A stretch of DNA of 63,434 bases, counting the filler, from Octopus bimaculoides (taxonomy: Eukaryota): NCBI RefSeq assembly GCF_001194135.2. It is 3 parts of 3 records of this genome, joined end to end, with 100 filler letters (N's around TTAATTAATTAA, not from the genome) between each part and the next. Parts side by side here need not be neighbours in the genome. Positions count along the whole stretch, not along the records: positions 31,331 to 54,359 come from NC_068988.1; positions 54,460 to 63,434 come from NC_069001.1; 1 more part is not named here. The stretch is one strand, 5' to 3'. The position numbers were made by a program, and so were the translations under genes. Under the pieces are notes generated by a model. The model saw nothing but the letters and a program-made list of their open reading frames with translations, had not been told where the DNA came from and did no database searches. Positions 46,948 to 60,377 of the stretch are shown piece after piece (position 1 is the first letter of the stretch; each line of letters starts with the position of its first letter).

Positions 46948-47053
46948 NNNNNNNNNNNNNNNNNNNNNNNNNNNNNNNNNNNNNNNNNNNNNNNNNNNNN
47001 NNNNNNNNNNNNNNNNNNNNNNNNNNNNNNNNNNNNNNNNNNNNNNNNNNNNN

Positions 47054-47132
<79 letters not shown>

Positions 47133-48084
47133 ATATGCATACAAAAGTTATATGTGCTTGTGTATGTAGGTATATATTCTGTGTTTAGAAATTTCGCTAT
47201 AATGCAAAGGAAATGTGAAATTTATCTCTTTTCCTTTTCTTACAATCTTAAAATACCTGATTCCATTGGTAGGATATAATAATGTTTGACATTTCAAGTC
47301 CGGATTATTATGACAGAATCATATTTCACTTAACAACATATCTTGCCGCATTACTTTCTTTTGGCTTTAACTGTGAAGAATGTCCTAGCGGTTATTGGCA
47401 GCAGTTTTATTATTATTATTATTGTTTTTCGTTTTTTTTGTTGTAGCAGTATGTGTGGTATTGTGGATGTTAGTAAGAGTAAATTATTAGATTTGGTTGC
47501 ATACAAAATTCTTGAATTATAATGAATTACCAGTGTTTAAAACCGAGTTTTCGTTGACTTTTGCTCAATTTCTGTTTAACTCTCTGCACAATTTACTTAT
47601 CAAGCTGAAACTGAAAGTGAATTTCAGAAGAAGAATACCTCAGCGACATCAGATGATATTCTGTTGTTCTTGGTTTTTACTCTCTGTGTAATTCCGTTAT
47701 TCTGTTTACTGATTTCATTCAGTCAGTGATTTTTTTTTCTCATTACCCCCAATCATCCTGTAGTACGCTGTCTGGTCCCCCCGTTTCATTTATTTCGTGA
47801 AGCAGTATGGAAAATTGGTAATATTGGAAAGACAGCCATGTCTAAAATCTGACAAAATGCGGCGTAAACGTGGTGGAATGATATAGCATCTATCAAAAAC
47901 CTCTGTGTGTGTGTTTTGTGTTTAGTATTGATTTTCCGGAAAAGGAGTACTCAATACCATGATAAAGAGTAATAATATCTTATTTCGGTCGAGTCAGTCT
48001 CTTGCAAATTTAATATTCACCTACAGGATTTTCAGGTACACAGGATCTTCAATCAAGTTCTGACGATCCTACATACCTACAGAT

Positions 48085-48174
48085 GAAACTCAGAGCAGCA
48101 AGACACTGATTCGAACCCGGGCCAATCATAGCTTTATGAGTGGATTTGGTAGACGGAAACTGAAAGAAGCTTGT

Positions 48175-48225
<51 letters not shown>

Positions 48226-48380
48226 GTGTGTCTGTGTGTGGATGTGTGATCTATGTATGAGTGTTTGTGTGTCTGTATTTATCCCCTCGTCACTGGTTGA
48301 CAACCGGTGTTGGTGTGTTTACGTCCCCGTAACTTAGTGGTTTAGCAAAAGAAATCGATAAAATAAGTACTAGTCTTAAA
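48085..48380 (+). mobile_element. SINE family B (5'-truncated)
   Basis: GTGGATTTGGTAGACGGAAACTGAAAGAAGC(TG)n...GACAACCGGTGTTGGTGTGTTTACGTCCCCGTAACTTAG. Confidence 0.85.
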
Positions 48381-48393
48381 AAATTATAATTAC

Positions 48394-48435
<42 letters not shown>

Positions 48436-48678
48436 CATTTAGCGCGAACGGTCGTGTTTCATAGACCTCCTGAATATAACGGTTTATACTAGGGTTTAAT
48501 CCATCCCATATGCAGGGTTTACAAAAGAATACAAATCACAGCCAAAATTTCAGCACCTTTTAAATGGTGAGGTTTCAATGCCCACACTCGAGGATCCGAT
48601 ATGGTTTCAAAATTGACACGTTGATCTCTCTCGTTCTTTGGAAATTTTGGGAATTAAATATCACTACAGTTCGGTCTG

Positions 48679-48780
48679 GAGGCGCAATGGCCAAGTGGTT
48701 AGGGCAGCGGACTCGCGGTCGGAGGATCGCGGTTTCGATTCCCAGACCAAGCGTTGCGTGTGTTTACTGAACGAAACACA
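48679..48780 (+). mobile_element. SINE family A head
   Basis: GGAGGCGCAATGGCCAAGTGGTTAGGGCAGCGGACTCGCGG..GGTTTCGATTCCC. Confidence 0.85.
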
Positions 48781-48810
48781 CACACACATATATGCAGGGC
48801 TTACAAAAGA

Positions 48811-48856
48811 GTGACGTCACCCATTTTCAGTATCTACTTAATTTGCAAGATGGCCA
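48811..48856. promoter_or_regulatory. CRE palindrome + YY1-like motif
   Basis: TGACGTCA 48812-48819; AAGATGGCC 48847-48855. Motif match only. Confidence 0.25.
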
Positions 48857-49262
48857 CATCAGTAATAAGAAGAGAAAGTGCTTGCAACTGTAGTGGTTAC
48901 ACAAGCAGCAATAACGCAAGGGGGAAAAAAGCGCAACACAACCCGACAATGTTTTCCAAATGCAAAAACAGATTTATCTCGGTCTTTAATTTGATTAGTA
49001 ATTTAATTTAATTAATATGAATATGGATGCTGTTAGGAATAATGTTATTAGTTTATTTAATGAGTAAAAATTCGAGCGAATGATAGCCATTCATTCTGCG
49101 CAAATCGTTAGTTTATCATCACGGTGAATAGTTCTGAAGAGCGGATTCTCTTTCGAAGAACCACGTTGATAAACACAGTGGCATGATATGAAACACAAAA
49201 ATATAGAATTGAAAACATTGGTTTAAACAGGAAAATAATTAGTGTAAACGGTACGAACACTT

Positions 49263-49623
49263 ATGACAATTGACATTCGAAATTCCGACCTTCGAAAATC
49301 CGGCCATCGAAAATCCGGTTCCTTCAGATTTCCGGCATGAATTTCGGAGCACATTTTCAAATTTTCCGTGTTAAAACTCTGAGGATCTGCTTCATTTAGT
49401 AGAATTAAAATTCTGTAGAATTATTTTATTTAGTTAGTGAACATTAAAATTCCATTTGCTCTTCATTTAGCGTTTAATTTTCTTTCTTTTAATGACTGCA
49501 CAGGTAGAAATTTTCTCTTAAATATATACAGCTTTTATAACCATAAAAAGAAAAATCCTGTATTTTTTTTAATCCGGCACTCCCCAGGTTCAGATCTGCC
49601 GGATTTTTGAATGTCGGTCTGTA
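49263..49623. mobile_element. Tc1/pogo-type MITE with subterminal ~15-bp repeats
   Basis: Left GACATTCGAAATTCCG versus right CGGATTTTTGAATGTCGGTCTGTA (ends in TA); repeated TCGAAAATCCGG units at 49275-49370; internal hairpin ATCCGGCA..TGCCGGAT. Confidence 0.55.
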
Positions 49624-49721
49624 TAACACAACCGCATCAGTCCGTCTTTTGCAAGCTTTGTAAGGCATAAAAAGATCTCCGTATAGGTCAGTTTCAGAAC
49701 TTGAAGAAAAGTTGTTGGAAA

Positions 49722-49880
49722 TACGCAGGTAAGTGGTAATTAACTTGCTTACCAGCCACATGGTTTCGGGTTCAGTTCCTCTGCGAGGCACCTTGGGCAA
49801 GTGTCTTCAACTATAGCCTCGGGCCGACCAAAGCCTTGTGAGTGGATTTGGTAGACGGAAACTGAAAGAAGTCCGTCGTG

Positions 49881-49940
<60 letters not shown>

Positions 49941-50188
49941 TGTGTCTGTGTTTGTCCCCCACCATCGCTTGACAACCAATGTTGGTGTGTTCACGTCCCC
50001 GCAACTTAGCGGTTCGGCAAAAGAAAGCGATAGAATAATTACTAGGCTTACAAAGAATAAGTACTGGGGTCGATTTGTTCGAATAAAGGCGGTGCTCCAG
50101 TATGGCCGCAGTCAAATGACTGAAACGAATAAAAGAAAAGAAAGAAAGAAAGAAAGAATAGAAAGAAAGAAAGAAAGAAAGAAAGAAA

Positions 50189-50234
<46 letters not shown>

Positions 50235-50235
50235 A
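49722..50235 (+). mobile_element. Near-full SINE family B with (AAAG)n tail
   Basis: Head GTGGTAATTAACTTGCTTACCAGCCACATGG, internal (TA)(TG)n, tail 50130-50235. Confidence 0.92.
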
Positions 50236-51814
50236 TACGCTGAGAAGGGAAATACTTCTTTGCCTAGGAATTTCTCCAGCAAAGCTGACGAACAAGTTAC
50301 ATATTTCTGTACTGCGAATAACAAGACATTGTATGCTCTCGGAGACGGAGCTGAAAGAAACGAAGTACGAAAAAACGGTGTACATTATCGACCGGGGTAA
50401 GGCATACAGAAGTGTGTGCTTATTTTTAAGATCAAGAATGGGGTAAGGAAACATGTAGAGCTGATGTGCTCACACATCTACCCACGGGCTGGGGCTGTAG
50501 TATATACGACAAAGTAATAGACCACAGCAAGAGATATTGTTAAAGACGTGGCTCGTCGGGCTGATGCTGCGTTCGCGCGTATTACAAACAAATGACGTGA
50601 CGTGCATAGAGACAGTCTACAATGACATATAGTTAGGTAATAACGAATATTACGGCACTATTCCCAATTAGGGAGAAAACTGAGAAGACACTGATCACAT
50701 TGATTATACAAAGCAGAAGCCCTAATTGTTATGTATGTTTCAGAAAGAGACACTCGATGTGCTTCTAACTTGAAAGGAGAAACTGAAAACGAAAGACCAC
50801 AAACTGTAGCAGGGGCAGGAGTATCAGAGCAGCCTTTAAGGTGAAGATTTTGGCTGTTGCTACTCTGTTGCTAAAGAGCCAATAGCCCCAGCAAAGAATG
50901 GAGCCAAATCTGAAGGAATTCCAAAGGGATTCGCATCATTTTTAATGCTACCGACGAAGTAGAGAATCGAGAAGCCGAATATTTTCGTTTTCCACCACAG
51001 AACCAACTAAGAGTTAAAAGCACCCGTCACATCGCATTTACCAGCAGTGATGTGGAAAAAGAGTCGAGTGAGAGAAAGGTAAGAACAATCAGTGTCAGTT
51101 AGAAAAATAGATAAAGAAAAAAAAATGTAAACAACAATAGAAATAATAAACTTAAGCTTAAAGCAAGAAGAAAACCGCAAGATACCCCTTAATTGTTACT
51201 TGATTGGCCTGGTGTGTATGAAGTCGACTGCTGTTCGATAGCCAATGGAATAACAAAATTACTTGAAAGAGAAAAGAAAAAGGTTTTGGTAACGATTGAA
51301 GAGGAGACAAGAGAAAATACACCGATCTCAAACATTATAGATTGTTCGCGAGGAATCAATAACCGAAGAAAGAACACACGAGAAAATGAAGGAGTTTTGC
51401 CCTGCTGAGATGAAACGAAAGATGCTCACGGCCTTGTTCTGAGAACACCGTTTTCAGGAAGTGATCGGAGCAGAAGAAGATCACTGCATTGCAGTGACCT
51501 GATCGCACATCAGTATCGGCCGCTCTCTTCTTTGTAGATGGTTGGCCTTTAAATTGTCTCTGAGTACTAAATGTTAACTTTTTATTCATATTACGTTTTC
51601 GCACCACCACTTTTATTACATATACATACATACATACATACATGAAAACACATATATATCATGTGTCTGTGTGCGTGCGTGTGCATGCATGTATGTATGT
51701 ATATATTTATGTATGTATATGTGTATGTGTGTGTGTGTGTGTGTGTATTTAACCCTTTGTGTATGACATGAATTTTTCTATTTTTATGAGCCTTTATGGA
51801 CCACAAAGAAAAGG

Positions 51815-51871
<57 letters not shown>

Positions 51872-53919
51872 GTTATTATTATTATTATTCCTCTGTCTTC
51901 TTTCATCTTCCTTATCTCCTTACNNNNNNNNNNNNNNNNNNNNNNNNNNNNNNNNNNNNNNNNNNNNNNNNNNNNNNNNNNNNNNNNNNNNNNNNNNNNN
52001 NNNNNNNNNNNNNNNNNNNNNNNNNNNNNNNNNNNNNNNNNNNNNNNNNNNNNNNNNNNNNNNNNNNNNNNNNNNNNNNNNNNNNNNNNNNNNNNNNNNN
52101 NNNNNNNNNNNNNNNNNNNNNNNNNNNNNNNNNNNNNNNNNNNNNNNNNNNNNNNNNNNNNNNNNNNNNNNNNNNNNNNNNNNNNNNNNNNNNNNNNNNN
52201 NNNNNNNNNNNNNNNNNNNNNNNNNNNNNNNNNNNNNNNNNNNNNNNNNNNNNNNNNNNNNNNNNNNNNNNNNNNNNNNNNNNNNNNNNNNNNNNNNNNN
52301 NNNNNNNNNNNNNNNNNNNNNNNNNNNNNNNNNNNNNNNNNNNNNNNNNNNNNNNNNNNNNNNNNNNNNNNNNNNNNNNNNNNNNNNNNNNNNNNNNNNN
52401 NNNNNNNNNNNNNNNNNNNNNNNNNNNNNNNNNNNNNNNNNNNNNNNNNNNNNNNNNNNNNNNNNNNNNNNNNNNNNNNNNNNNNNNNNNNNNNNNNNNN
52501 NNNNNNNNNNNNNNNNNNNNNNNNNNNNNNNNNNNNNNNNNNNNNNNNNNNNNNNNNNNNNNNNNNNNNNNNNNNNNNNNNNNNNNNNNNNNNNNNNNNN
52601 NNNNNNNNNNNNNNNNNNNNNNNNNNNNNNNNNNNNNNNNNNNNNNNNNNNNNNNNNNNNNNNNNNNNNNNNNNNNNNNNNNNNNNNNNNNNNNNNNNNN
52701 NNNNNNNNNNNNNNNNNNNNNNNNNNNNNNNNNNNNNNNNNNNNNNNNNNNNNNNNNNNNNNNNNNNNNNNNNNNNNNNNNNNNNNNNNNNNNNNNNNNN
52801 NNNNNNNNNNNNNNNNNNNNNNNNNNNNNNNNNNNNNNNNNNNNNNNNNNNNNNNTATGTAAATTTATATCTATACCTATATCTATTTATCTCTCTATCT
52901 ACCTATCTGTATATAAATGCGTGTGTGTGTGTGTGCGTGTGTATGCACGTGTGTGTGTGGGCGCGTGCATGTGTGTGTGTGTGTATGCATACATAGGTAC
53001 ATAGATACATAAACTTTCTATTTGTATATGCTTCTAGTTATATATATATACATATGTATATATGTGTGTGTGCATATATATATATATATATATACATATA
53101 TACATATATTTATATAATCATATATACATATGTATATATACCCACGTATACTTGTATGTGTAAATGCGCATGTGTGCGTGTGTGTATACGTGCGTAAGTG
53201 CGTGTGTGTGTGTATGTGATAGTATATATGTATATATGTATATAAGTTTGCACAAAGAAGAAGCGGGAAGGAAAATGGAGGTCAAAGTTGGGGGTGTTCT
53301 ATGGTAGAAGAGAGAAAGTGAGAGGAGGAGGCGGTTGAGGGAAAGGTGGGAGGAGGAGGGAAAGGAGGGAGACAGAAGGAGAGAGAGAAAAAAACTGAAG
53401 ACAAAGCAAGTAAATTGGCTGTATATGTCAAAAATACGGTATATGACGAAATAACAACGAAAATGAAACTAGCATAAAACACAAACCATACGACGACGAC
53501 GTCGATGGCGATAGGGACGAGGTCGAGGAAGATAATGAAGGCGGTGATGGCTGCAGACATATCAATGGACAATTTTTTTTCCCGCCCTATCCATTTCCAT
53601 CTCTTCTAACTCCATCAATTCTGTCCTCTTCTCCTTCTTCCTCATCGTCATCGTTGTCATCACAATCACTGTTCAACCAAATCTTGTAAATATACGTAAA
53701 GCCATTGTCAACAGTTCTATCGGAAAGATCTCTGCTTTGACAAAATATATTCATACACTGATGATATTAGTTTCGTATGATATATTTTATTTTTATGGAT
53801 ATCAAGTAGTAGCCACTTGTGTAAAGGAGTTATAGCAATTATCTCTGTCTGGAATTATTTATTGTTCTTGTCTACAACTCTTGGAAAAAATAACATGATC
53901 TATGAACCAAATAAACCTC

Positions 53920-54240
53920 TTAGTGAGACGTAAATACGCGCCGATTTGGCACAATTGTTCTGGAGTGGATAGCAAAATGCATTGCGTTATTTGTTCCGGA
54001 TCTTTGCGTGCTGAGTTCAAATCTCATGCGCCCACTGGAGGTTAACTTTTGGCATTTTTCCTTGCAAGGTCGATAAAATAAAAATTCCAGTCTGCGTATT
54101 TGCAAAATCGTTTGGGGGCGTAGGACAAAATGCTGTGTGAGATTTTTTTCCGGCTTCTTGTGTCTAGATTGCGAATTATGTTGAGGTCAAATTTTCCTTT
54201 TCGTCTTTAACGGGTTCATCAGGTAAATTACCATTCAAGA
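53920..54240 (+). mobile_element. Two diverged family E SINE remnants
   Basis: GCTGAGTTCAAATCTC..TAACTTTTGGCATTTTTCC..GTCGATAAAATAAA, then GTTGAGGTCAAATTTTCCTTTTCGTC. Confidence 0.6.
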
Positions 54241-54839
54241 GTTGCGTATGTAAATATGTGTACGTAATATATACATATATATATGAGTACATAATGTATA
54301 CATATAAATATATGAGTACGTAATGTATACATACATACGTATGTTTGTATATATATATANNNNNNNNNNNNNNNNNNNNNNNNNNNNNNNNNNNNNNNNN
54401 NNNTTAATTAATTAANNNNNNNNNNNNNNNNNNNNNNNNNNNNNNNNNNNNNNNNNNNNATATATATATATATATGTATGTTTTTTTTGCGTGCGTTTAT
54501 CTGTACATTTCCTGTTTTAACGAGCGTCCGATTGACCAAAGCAAAAAAATTATTCACACCACCATCAACGACAACAGCAACAGTAACAACAATAACAACA
54601 GAAACATAACCAAAAACCACGACAAAAACAACCACAAGTGCAACAACTGCATCAACACCACCACCAGCAGCTACAACAACAATCCCGACAACTGAAAAGC
54701 AGCACCAATAACAACAACAACAATAAAACCAATTGACGTTTTTTGTAGGTTTTTTTTTTCCGGATCAGATGAAGAAGTTGAAAGAAACCTATTGATACAC
54801 ACACGCACACATATATACAGACCCACATACTGATGCACA

Positions 54840-55005
54840 TACACACATACTTGCTAAGATATATATATATATATATGCTTATACATACCTACATACATGT
54901 AGATAGACATATACATACATATATATAGACATACATACATACATAGATTCATGACAGAAACAGGAAAATTAAACCTACAATAAGCAATATATATATATAC
55001 ATATA

Positions 55006-55095
<90 letters not shown>

Positions 55096-55252
55096 TATGT
55101 GTATATATACATATATATACACGTATATATATAGATGTATTTATATATATACATGTATATATACATATATGTGTATATATATATATTTATATATACATTT
55201 ATATATACATTTATATATATATATATACATTTATATATACATTTATATATAC

Positions 55253-55351
<99 letters not shown>

Positions 55352-55385
55352 GTGTGTATATATGTATATATGCATACATACATAC
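54840..55385. repeat. (TA)n-rich microsatellite
   Basis: Directly visible. Confidence 0.97.
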
Positions 55386-55605
55386 AATATTAATTTTTCT
55401 AGTGTTTTATCGGCAGAAGTTACTTAGCGACTCAAAAGCCTAGAGTTTCGTGTATTGGCACTTCTCTGCAGATTAGATTTTGTTTTTTCTTCTCAAATGA
55501 CATACAAAGTAATAATAATCAATATTAGATATTCAAATAATTTTTTTTATTTTCTTAATGAAATAATATCAAAAAAAATAAATAGATAAACAATAATAAA
55601 CTTAC

Positions 55606-55682
55606 ATTCCACCCTCTTCAAAATCTTCCATGTTGGCATCAAAATGGCCAGGTAGTAGAGTATTATATTGCGAGCGGGACAT
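55606..55682 (-). CDS. Candidate first coding exon of an unidentified minus-strand gene (MSRSQYNTLLPGHFDANMEDFEEGG, phase-2 end)
   Basis: AAA-ATG start context at 55682, 25 non-repetitive codons + AT, then a perfect GTAAGT donor at 55605-55600 into AT-rich intron-like DNA; upstream GC-rich (GCC)n segment resembles a 5' UTR. No homologue recognised. Confidence 0.45.
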
Positions 55683-55974
55683 TTTCGGTCGGATGTCTGT
55701 CCAGGTTTAAGGCGAAAATAATATAGACTAAAACACCCGACAACAGGTGTGATAACGTTGTTGATATTAACGATGATGATGATGGTGATGGTGATACCAA
55801 TGATGATAGATACTAAACCAGGTCCTAAAAACTCCTTGTGGAAAGAACGATTCACAAACTCAGCACCGTCGCCGTTTCGCCGCTTTGTAACGTATCTCGG
55901 CTCCGCCGCCGCCGCTGCCGCCGCCAACGCTGCAACGGCTACCACCACTGCCGCCGCCTTGTCTCTACCTGTAC

Positions 55975-56157
55975 GTTATGTGTGCATGTGCGTGTGCATG
56001 TGCGTGTGCGCGTGTGTGTGTGTGTGTGTGTGTTTACCTGTAAAGTGTTTATATGAATGTGTAGTGATCTGCGAATGTGTGTATGTATATGTATGTATAT
56101 ATATATATACATATATGTATGTGTATATATATATATACATATATATATATGTATGTG

Positions 56158-56188
<31 letters not shown>

Positions 56189-56396
56189 GTACATATATAT
56201 ATATGTATGTATGTATGTATATATGTATGTATGTATGTATGTGTGCGGCGTGTATGTGTGTGTATATATGTATGTGTATGTATATATGTATGTGTGTGTG
56301 TATGTGTTTTGCCTTTGTGTGTGTTTGTGGTGTTTATTATTAAGCTTTGAGGCAGTCTGAGATGGATATGAGAGAGAAAGAGAGAGAGAGAGAGAG

Positions 56397-56427
<31 letters not shown>

Positions 56428-56775
56428 AGGAGATGGAATAAACGTGTATGTGTGTGTGTATTTGTATATGTGTGCACGTATACGTAATGTGCATGTGTTG
56501 GTGTGTTCGTGCGTATATTTGTGTGTGTGTGTGTGTGTATGCCTGTGGATATGTGTTAGGGGTGCTGTTTACTGGAAAACATTGTGTTTGAGAGAAGTGT
56601 GTATGTGTGTGTGTGTGTGTGTGTGCATACGTGTGAGAGAAAACGGGTGTAGAAGAGAGAGAGTAGACGGAAAGAGAGAGTGTGTGTGGTTGAGGGACTG
56701 AGAATGATGGACAGAGGGGGGGGGGAAGCTCCACAGACACACACACACACACATATTCCCATACATACACACANN
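55975..56775. repeat. Mixed (TG), (TA), (TATG) and (GA) microsatellites
   Basis: Directly visible. Confidence 0.95.
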
Positions 56776-57489
56776 NNNNNNNNNNNNNNNNNNNNNNNNN
56801 NNNNNNNNNNNNNNNNNNNNNNNNNNNNNNNNNNNNNNNNNNNNNNNNNNNNNNNNNNNNNNNNNNNNNNNNNNNNNNNNNNNNNNNNNNNNNNNNNNNN
56901 NNNNNNNNNNNNNNNNNNNNNNNNNNNNNNNNNNNNNNNNNNNNNNNNNNNNNNNNNNNNNNNNNNNNNNNNNNNNNNNNNNNNNNNNNNNNNNNNNNNN
57001 NNNNNNNNNNNNNNNNNNNNNNNNNNNNNNNNNNNNNNNNNNNNNNNNNNNNNNNNNNNNNNNNNNNNNNNNNNNNNNNNNNNNNNNNNNNNNNNNNNNN
57101 NNNNNNNNNNNNNNNNNNNNNNNNNNNNNNNNNNNNNNNNNNNNNNNNNNNNNNNNNNNNNNNNNNNNNNNNNNNNNNNNNNNNNNNNNNNNNNNNNNNN
57201 NNNNNNNNNNNNNNNNNNNNNNNNNNNNNNNNNNNNNNNNNNNNNNNNNNNNNNNNNNNNNNNNNNNNNNNNNNNNNNNNNNNNNNNNNNNNNNNNNNNN
57301 NNTTTTCACCTCCATACAGACACATACGTACACAAACATTAAATTATATAATTTTTATATATTTCATATACACACAAAAAGCCACACACACACACATGTA
57401 CACAAGCATATACACATACACATACACATAAATATCATACATTATATTTGATATATAATTTCATATACATACACATATATACTATATAC

Positions 57490-57527
<38 letters not shown>

Positions 57528-57856
57528 TACATACTGACACATACATACACACACATGTACAGACCCCTAAATAACATAACTTTATATATTTCATATACAC
57601 TCAAAAATCCACACACATACACACACATACGAACATTGCTTTCATATATATATATATATACACTCAAACATTTTTATATATATACACATTTTTATATATA
57701 TACACGTTTTTATATATACACATATTTTATGCATTATTTTACATGCATATTACACACACACACACATGTAAAACACGCATAAACACACAAACCCATACAG
57801 AGAGGGGGGGGAGAGATAAAGAGAAAAGAAGAAAGTGTAAGAGAGAGCGAAAGAGA

Positions 57857-57888
<32 letters not shown>

Positions 57889-58699
57889 CGGGATGGGTGA
57901 AGGGTGGTAAGAAGAGAATGAATCCAAAAAAAAAAGAACAAGGGTGTATGGAGAACGAATGAGATGGGCTGGGGGTAGGGGTGAGAGATGGAGAGTGGAG
58001 GAGTAGAGTGGAGTGGAGTGACGGAGTAAGGATGGGGTAGGGGGTGGGACTGGAGTATGAGTGGCTTGAAGAGATTGGATGGAATGGCGGTAGCAGAAAG
58101 TTGGGGGGAGTGGAGTGGTTGGTGAGGGGTAACAAATACACATGAATGAGAATTAAGGTACGTCTGCTTATATTGTGTATGTATATGCATGTATGTATGT
58201 ATGTGTATATCTATCAATCAATCAATCTATCTTTCTATCCATCCNNNNNNNNNNCACACACACACACACACATATATATGTAGGTAGATAGATAGGCAGA
58301 TATATATATATATATATATACATATATAAATATGCATATATATGTATATGTATGATATCTATCTATATGCCTATCATTCTTTCTATCCATCTACATGTAC
58401 ATACATACATACATACAAGTACACACTCACACACATATACATATATATATGTGTGTGTGTATGTATGTATGTATGTATGTATGCATGAATAAATGTATGG
58501 ATGGGGGGGGGNNNNNNNNNNGGGGGGGGGGTAAACGTGTGTTTATGTATCTGCTTGGATATGTCTGCGAGTATTAATGTATGGGTATGAAAGCGCATAT
58601 GTATGAGTGTGTTTGATGGTTTATAAATGTGGATCGGATTCAATCATCAAGGACCCACATCAGGCGTGGCTAAATAACAGCATCTGCATATTTTTTTTT

Positions 58700-58962
58700 T
58701 ATTCTTTTACTTGTTTCAGTCATCTGACGGCGGCCACGCTGGAGTACCGCCTTTAGTCGAGCAAATCGACCCCAGGACTTATTCTTTGTTACGGGGACGT
58801 AAACACACCGGCATCGGTTATCAAGCAATGTTGGGGAGGACAAACATAGACACACAAATACACACACACATGCATGCAAACATACATATATATATACATA
58901 TATACGACGGGCTTCTTTCAGTTTCCGTCTACCAAATCCACTCACAAGGCTTTGGTCGACCC
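58700..58962 (-). mobile_element. SINE family B, head truncated
   Basis: TTTTACTTGTTTCAGTCAT...GTCTACCAAATCCACTCACAAGGCTTTGGTCGACCCG. Confidence 0.88.
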
Positions 58963-59394
58963 GGAGTTGACCTCAACGATTGTACATAATTTTTTNNNNN
59001 NNNNNNNNNNNNNNNNNNNNNNNNNNNNNNNNNNNNNNNNNNNNNNNNNNNNNNNNNNNNNNNNNNNNNNNNNNNNNNNNNNNNNNNNNNNNNNNNNNNN
59101 NNNNNNNNNNNNNNNNNNNNNNNNNNNNNNNNNNNNNNNNNNNNNNNNNNNNNNNNNNNNNNNNNNNNNNNNNNNNNNNNNNNNNNNNNNNNNNNNNNNN
59201 NNNNNNNNNNNNNNNNNNNNNNNNNNNNNNNNNNNNNNNNNNNNNNNNNNNNNNNNNNNNNNNNNNNNNNNNNNNNNNNNNNNNNNNNNNNNNNNNNNNN
59301 NNNNNNNNNNNNNNNNNNNNNNNNNNNNNNNNNNNNNNNNNNNNNNNNNNNNNNNNNNNNNNNNNNNNNNNNNNTGTGTATATGTCATTTACCT

Positions 59395-59692
59395 TTTCCT
59401 TGTTTCTGTCATTAGACCGCAACCACGCTGGAGCACTGCCTTCAAGAATTTTAGTCGAATGAATCGACTCCAGTACATTTTTTCTTTTTTATCTTAATGT
59501 TGGTACTTATACTATCGGTCTCTTCGCCGAACCGCTAAGTTGCGGGGCATAAACACACCGTCACCGTTTGACAAGTGGTGGTGGGTGACAAACTTAGACT
59601 CACACACACACACACACACACATATATATGCCACCGGCTTCTTTCAATTTTCGTCTTATAAATCCACTCACAAGGCTTTGGTCGACCCGGAG
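59395..59692 (-). mobile_element. SINE family B, head truncated
   Basis: Same family; truncated at the same point as 58700-58962. Confidence 0.85.
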
Positions 59693-59860
59693 TTGACCTC
59701 AACGATTGTACATAATTTTTTTCTTGTTGTCCCAAACAACAATATCCGACCTGTTATGCTAACACGTAACAGTTGTTTCGATAGGAATGTTAAAACCAGT
59801 ATTCCTTGAACTGATATTTGTGTATGTATTCAATAAGAGGGGAACCTTTATAATTATTTA
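59693..59860 (-). mobile_element. R4/Dong REL-endonuclease fragment
   Basis: Minus strand IEYIHKYQFKEYWFNIPIETTVTC*HNRSDIVVWDNKKKLCTIVEV, homologous to 30585-30725. Confidence 0.8.
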
Positions 59861-59917
59861 AGGACAGTCTACATACATACATACATGCCTACATGGATAC
59901 ATATATACATGCATGCA

Positions 59918-59971
<54 letters not shown>

Positions 59972-60029
59972 CATGCATACATGCATATATATATATATAT
60001 ATATACACATACATGCATGCATATATATA

Positions 60030-60344
60030 CCTACTGCCTAAATAAAACAGTAAATCGAAGATTAAAACAGTTATAGAAACGGCATTAGAGGAATATTAAA
60101 CAGTTATAAAAGAGCGTAAATACAGTGTTAAAACATTTATAAGAACAGCAGATATGTAACAGTAAAACAGTTATATATGCCACATCAATGAAGCGCGAAA
60201 ACAGTTATGAAGATATAGTAAAATTGTGTAGAAATATTTTAGGATCAGAACAGAAATTACGTTAAATCTCCATAAAACGTACATTTGGCAAAACAATTCT
60301 AAAACGGTATTTAAAGTCAATATTACCATAGTATAATATCCGTG

Positions 60345-60377
<33 letters not shown>

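Noticed and set aside
51356-51643. THAP domain suggested by CSDHF on the minus strand
   Set aside because: The upstream C-x-C, P and W residues of THAP are absent and the ORF starts in a microsatellite.
54195-54225. Hammerhead ribozyme core on the minus strand (CUGAUGA..GAAA)
   Set aside because: Stem II cannot form (no G10.1-C11.1 pair) and the segment is a mutated SINE E stretch.
57890-58130. G-quadruplex cluster
   Set aside because: G-rich, but each cluster has only three closely spaced GGG tracts; no canonical four-tract motif seen.
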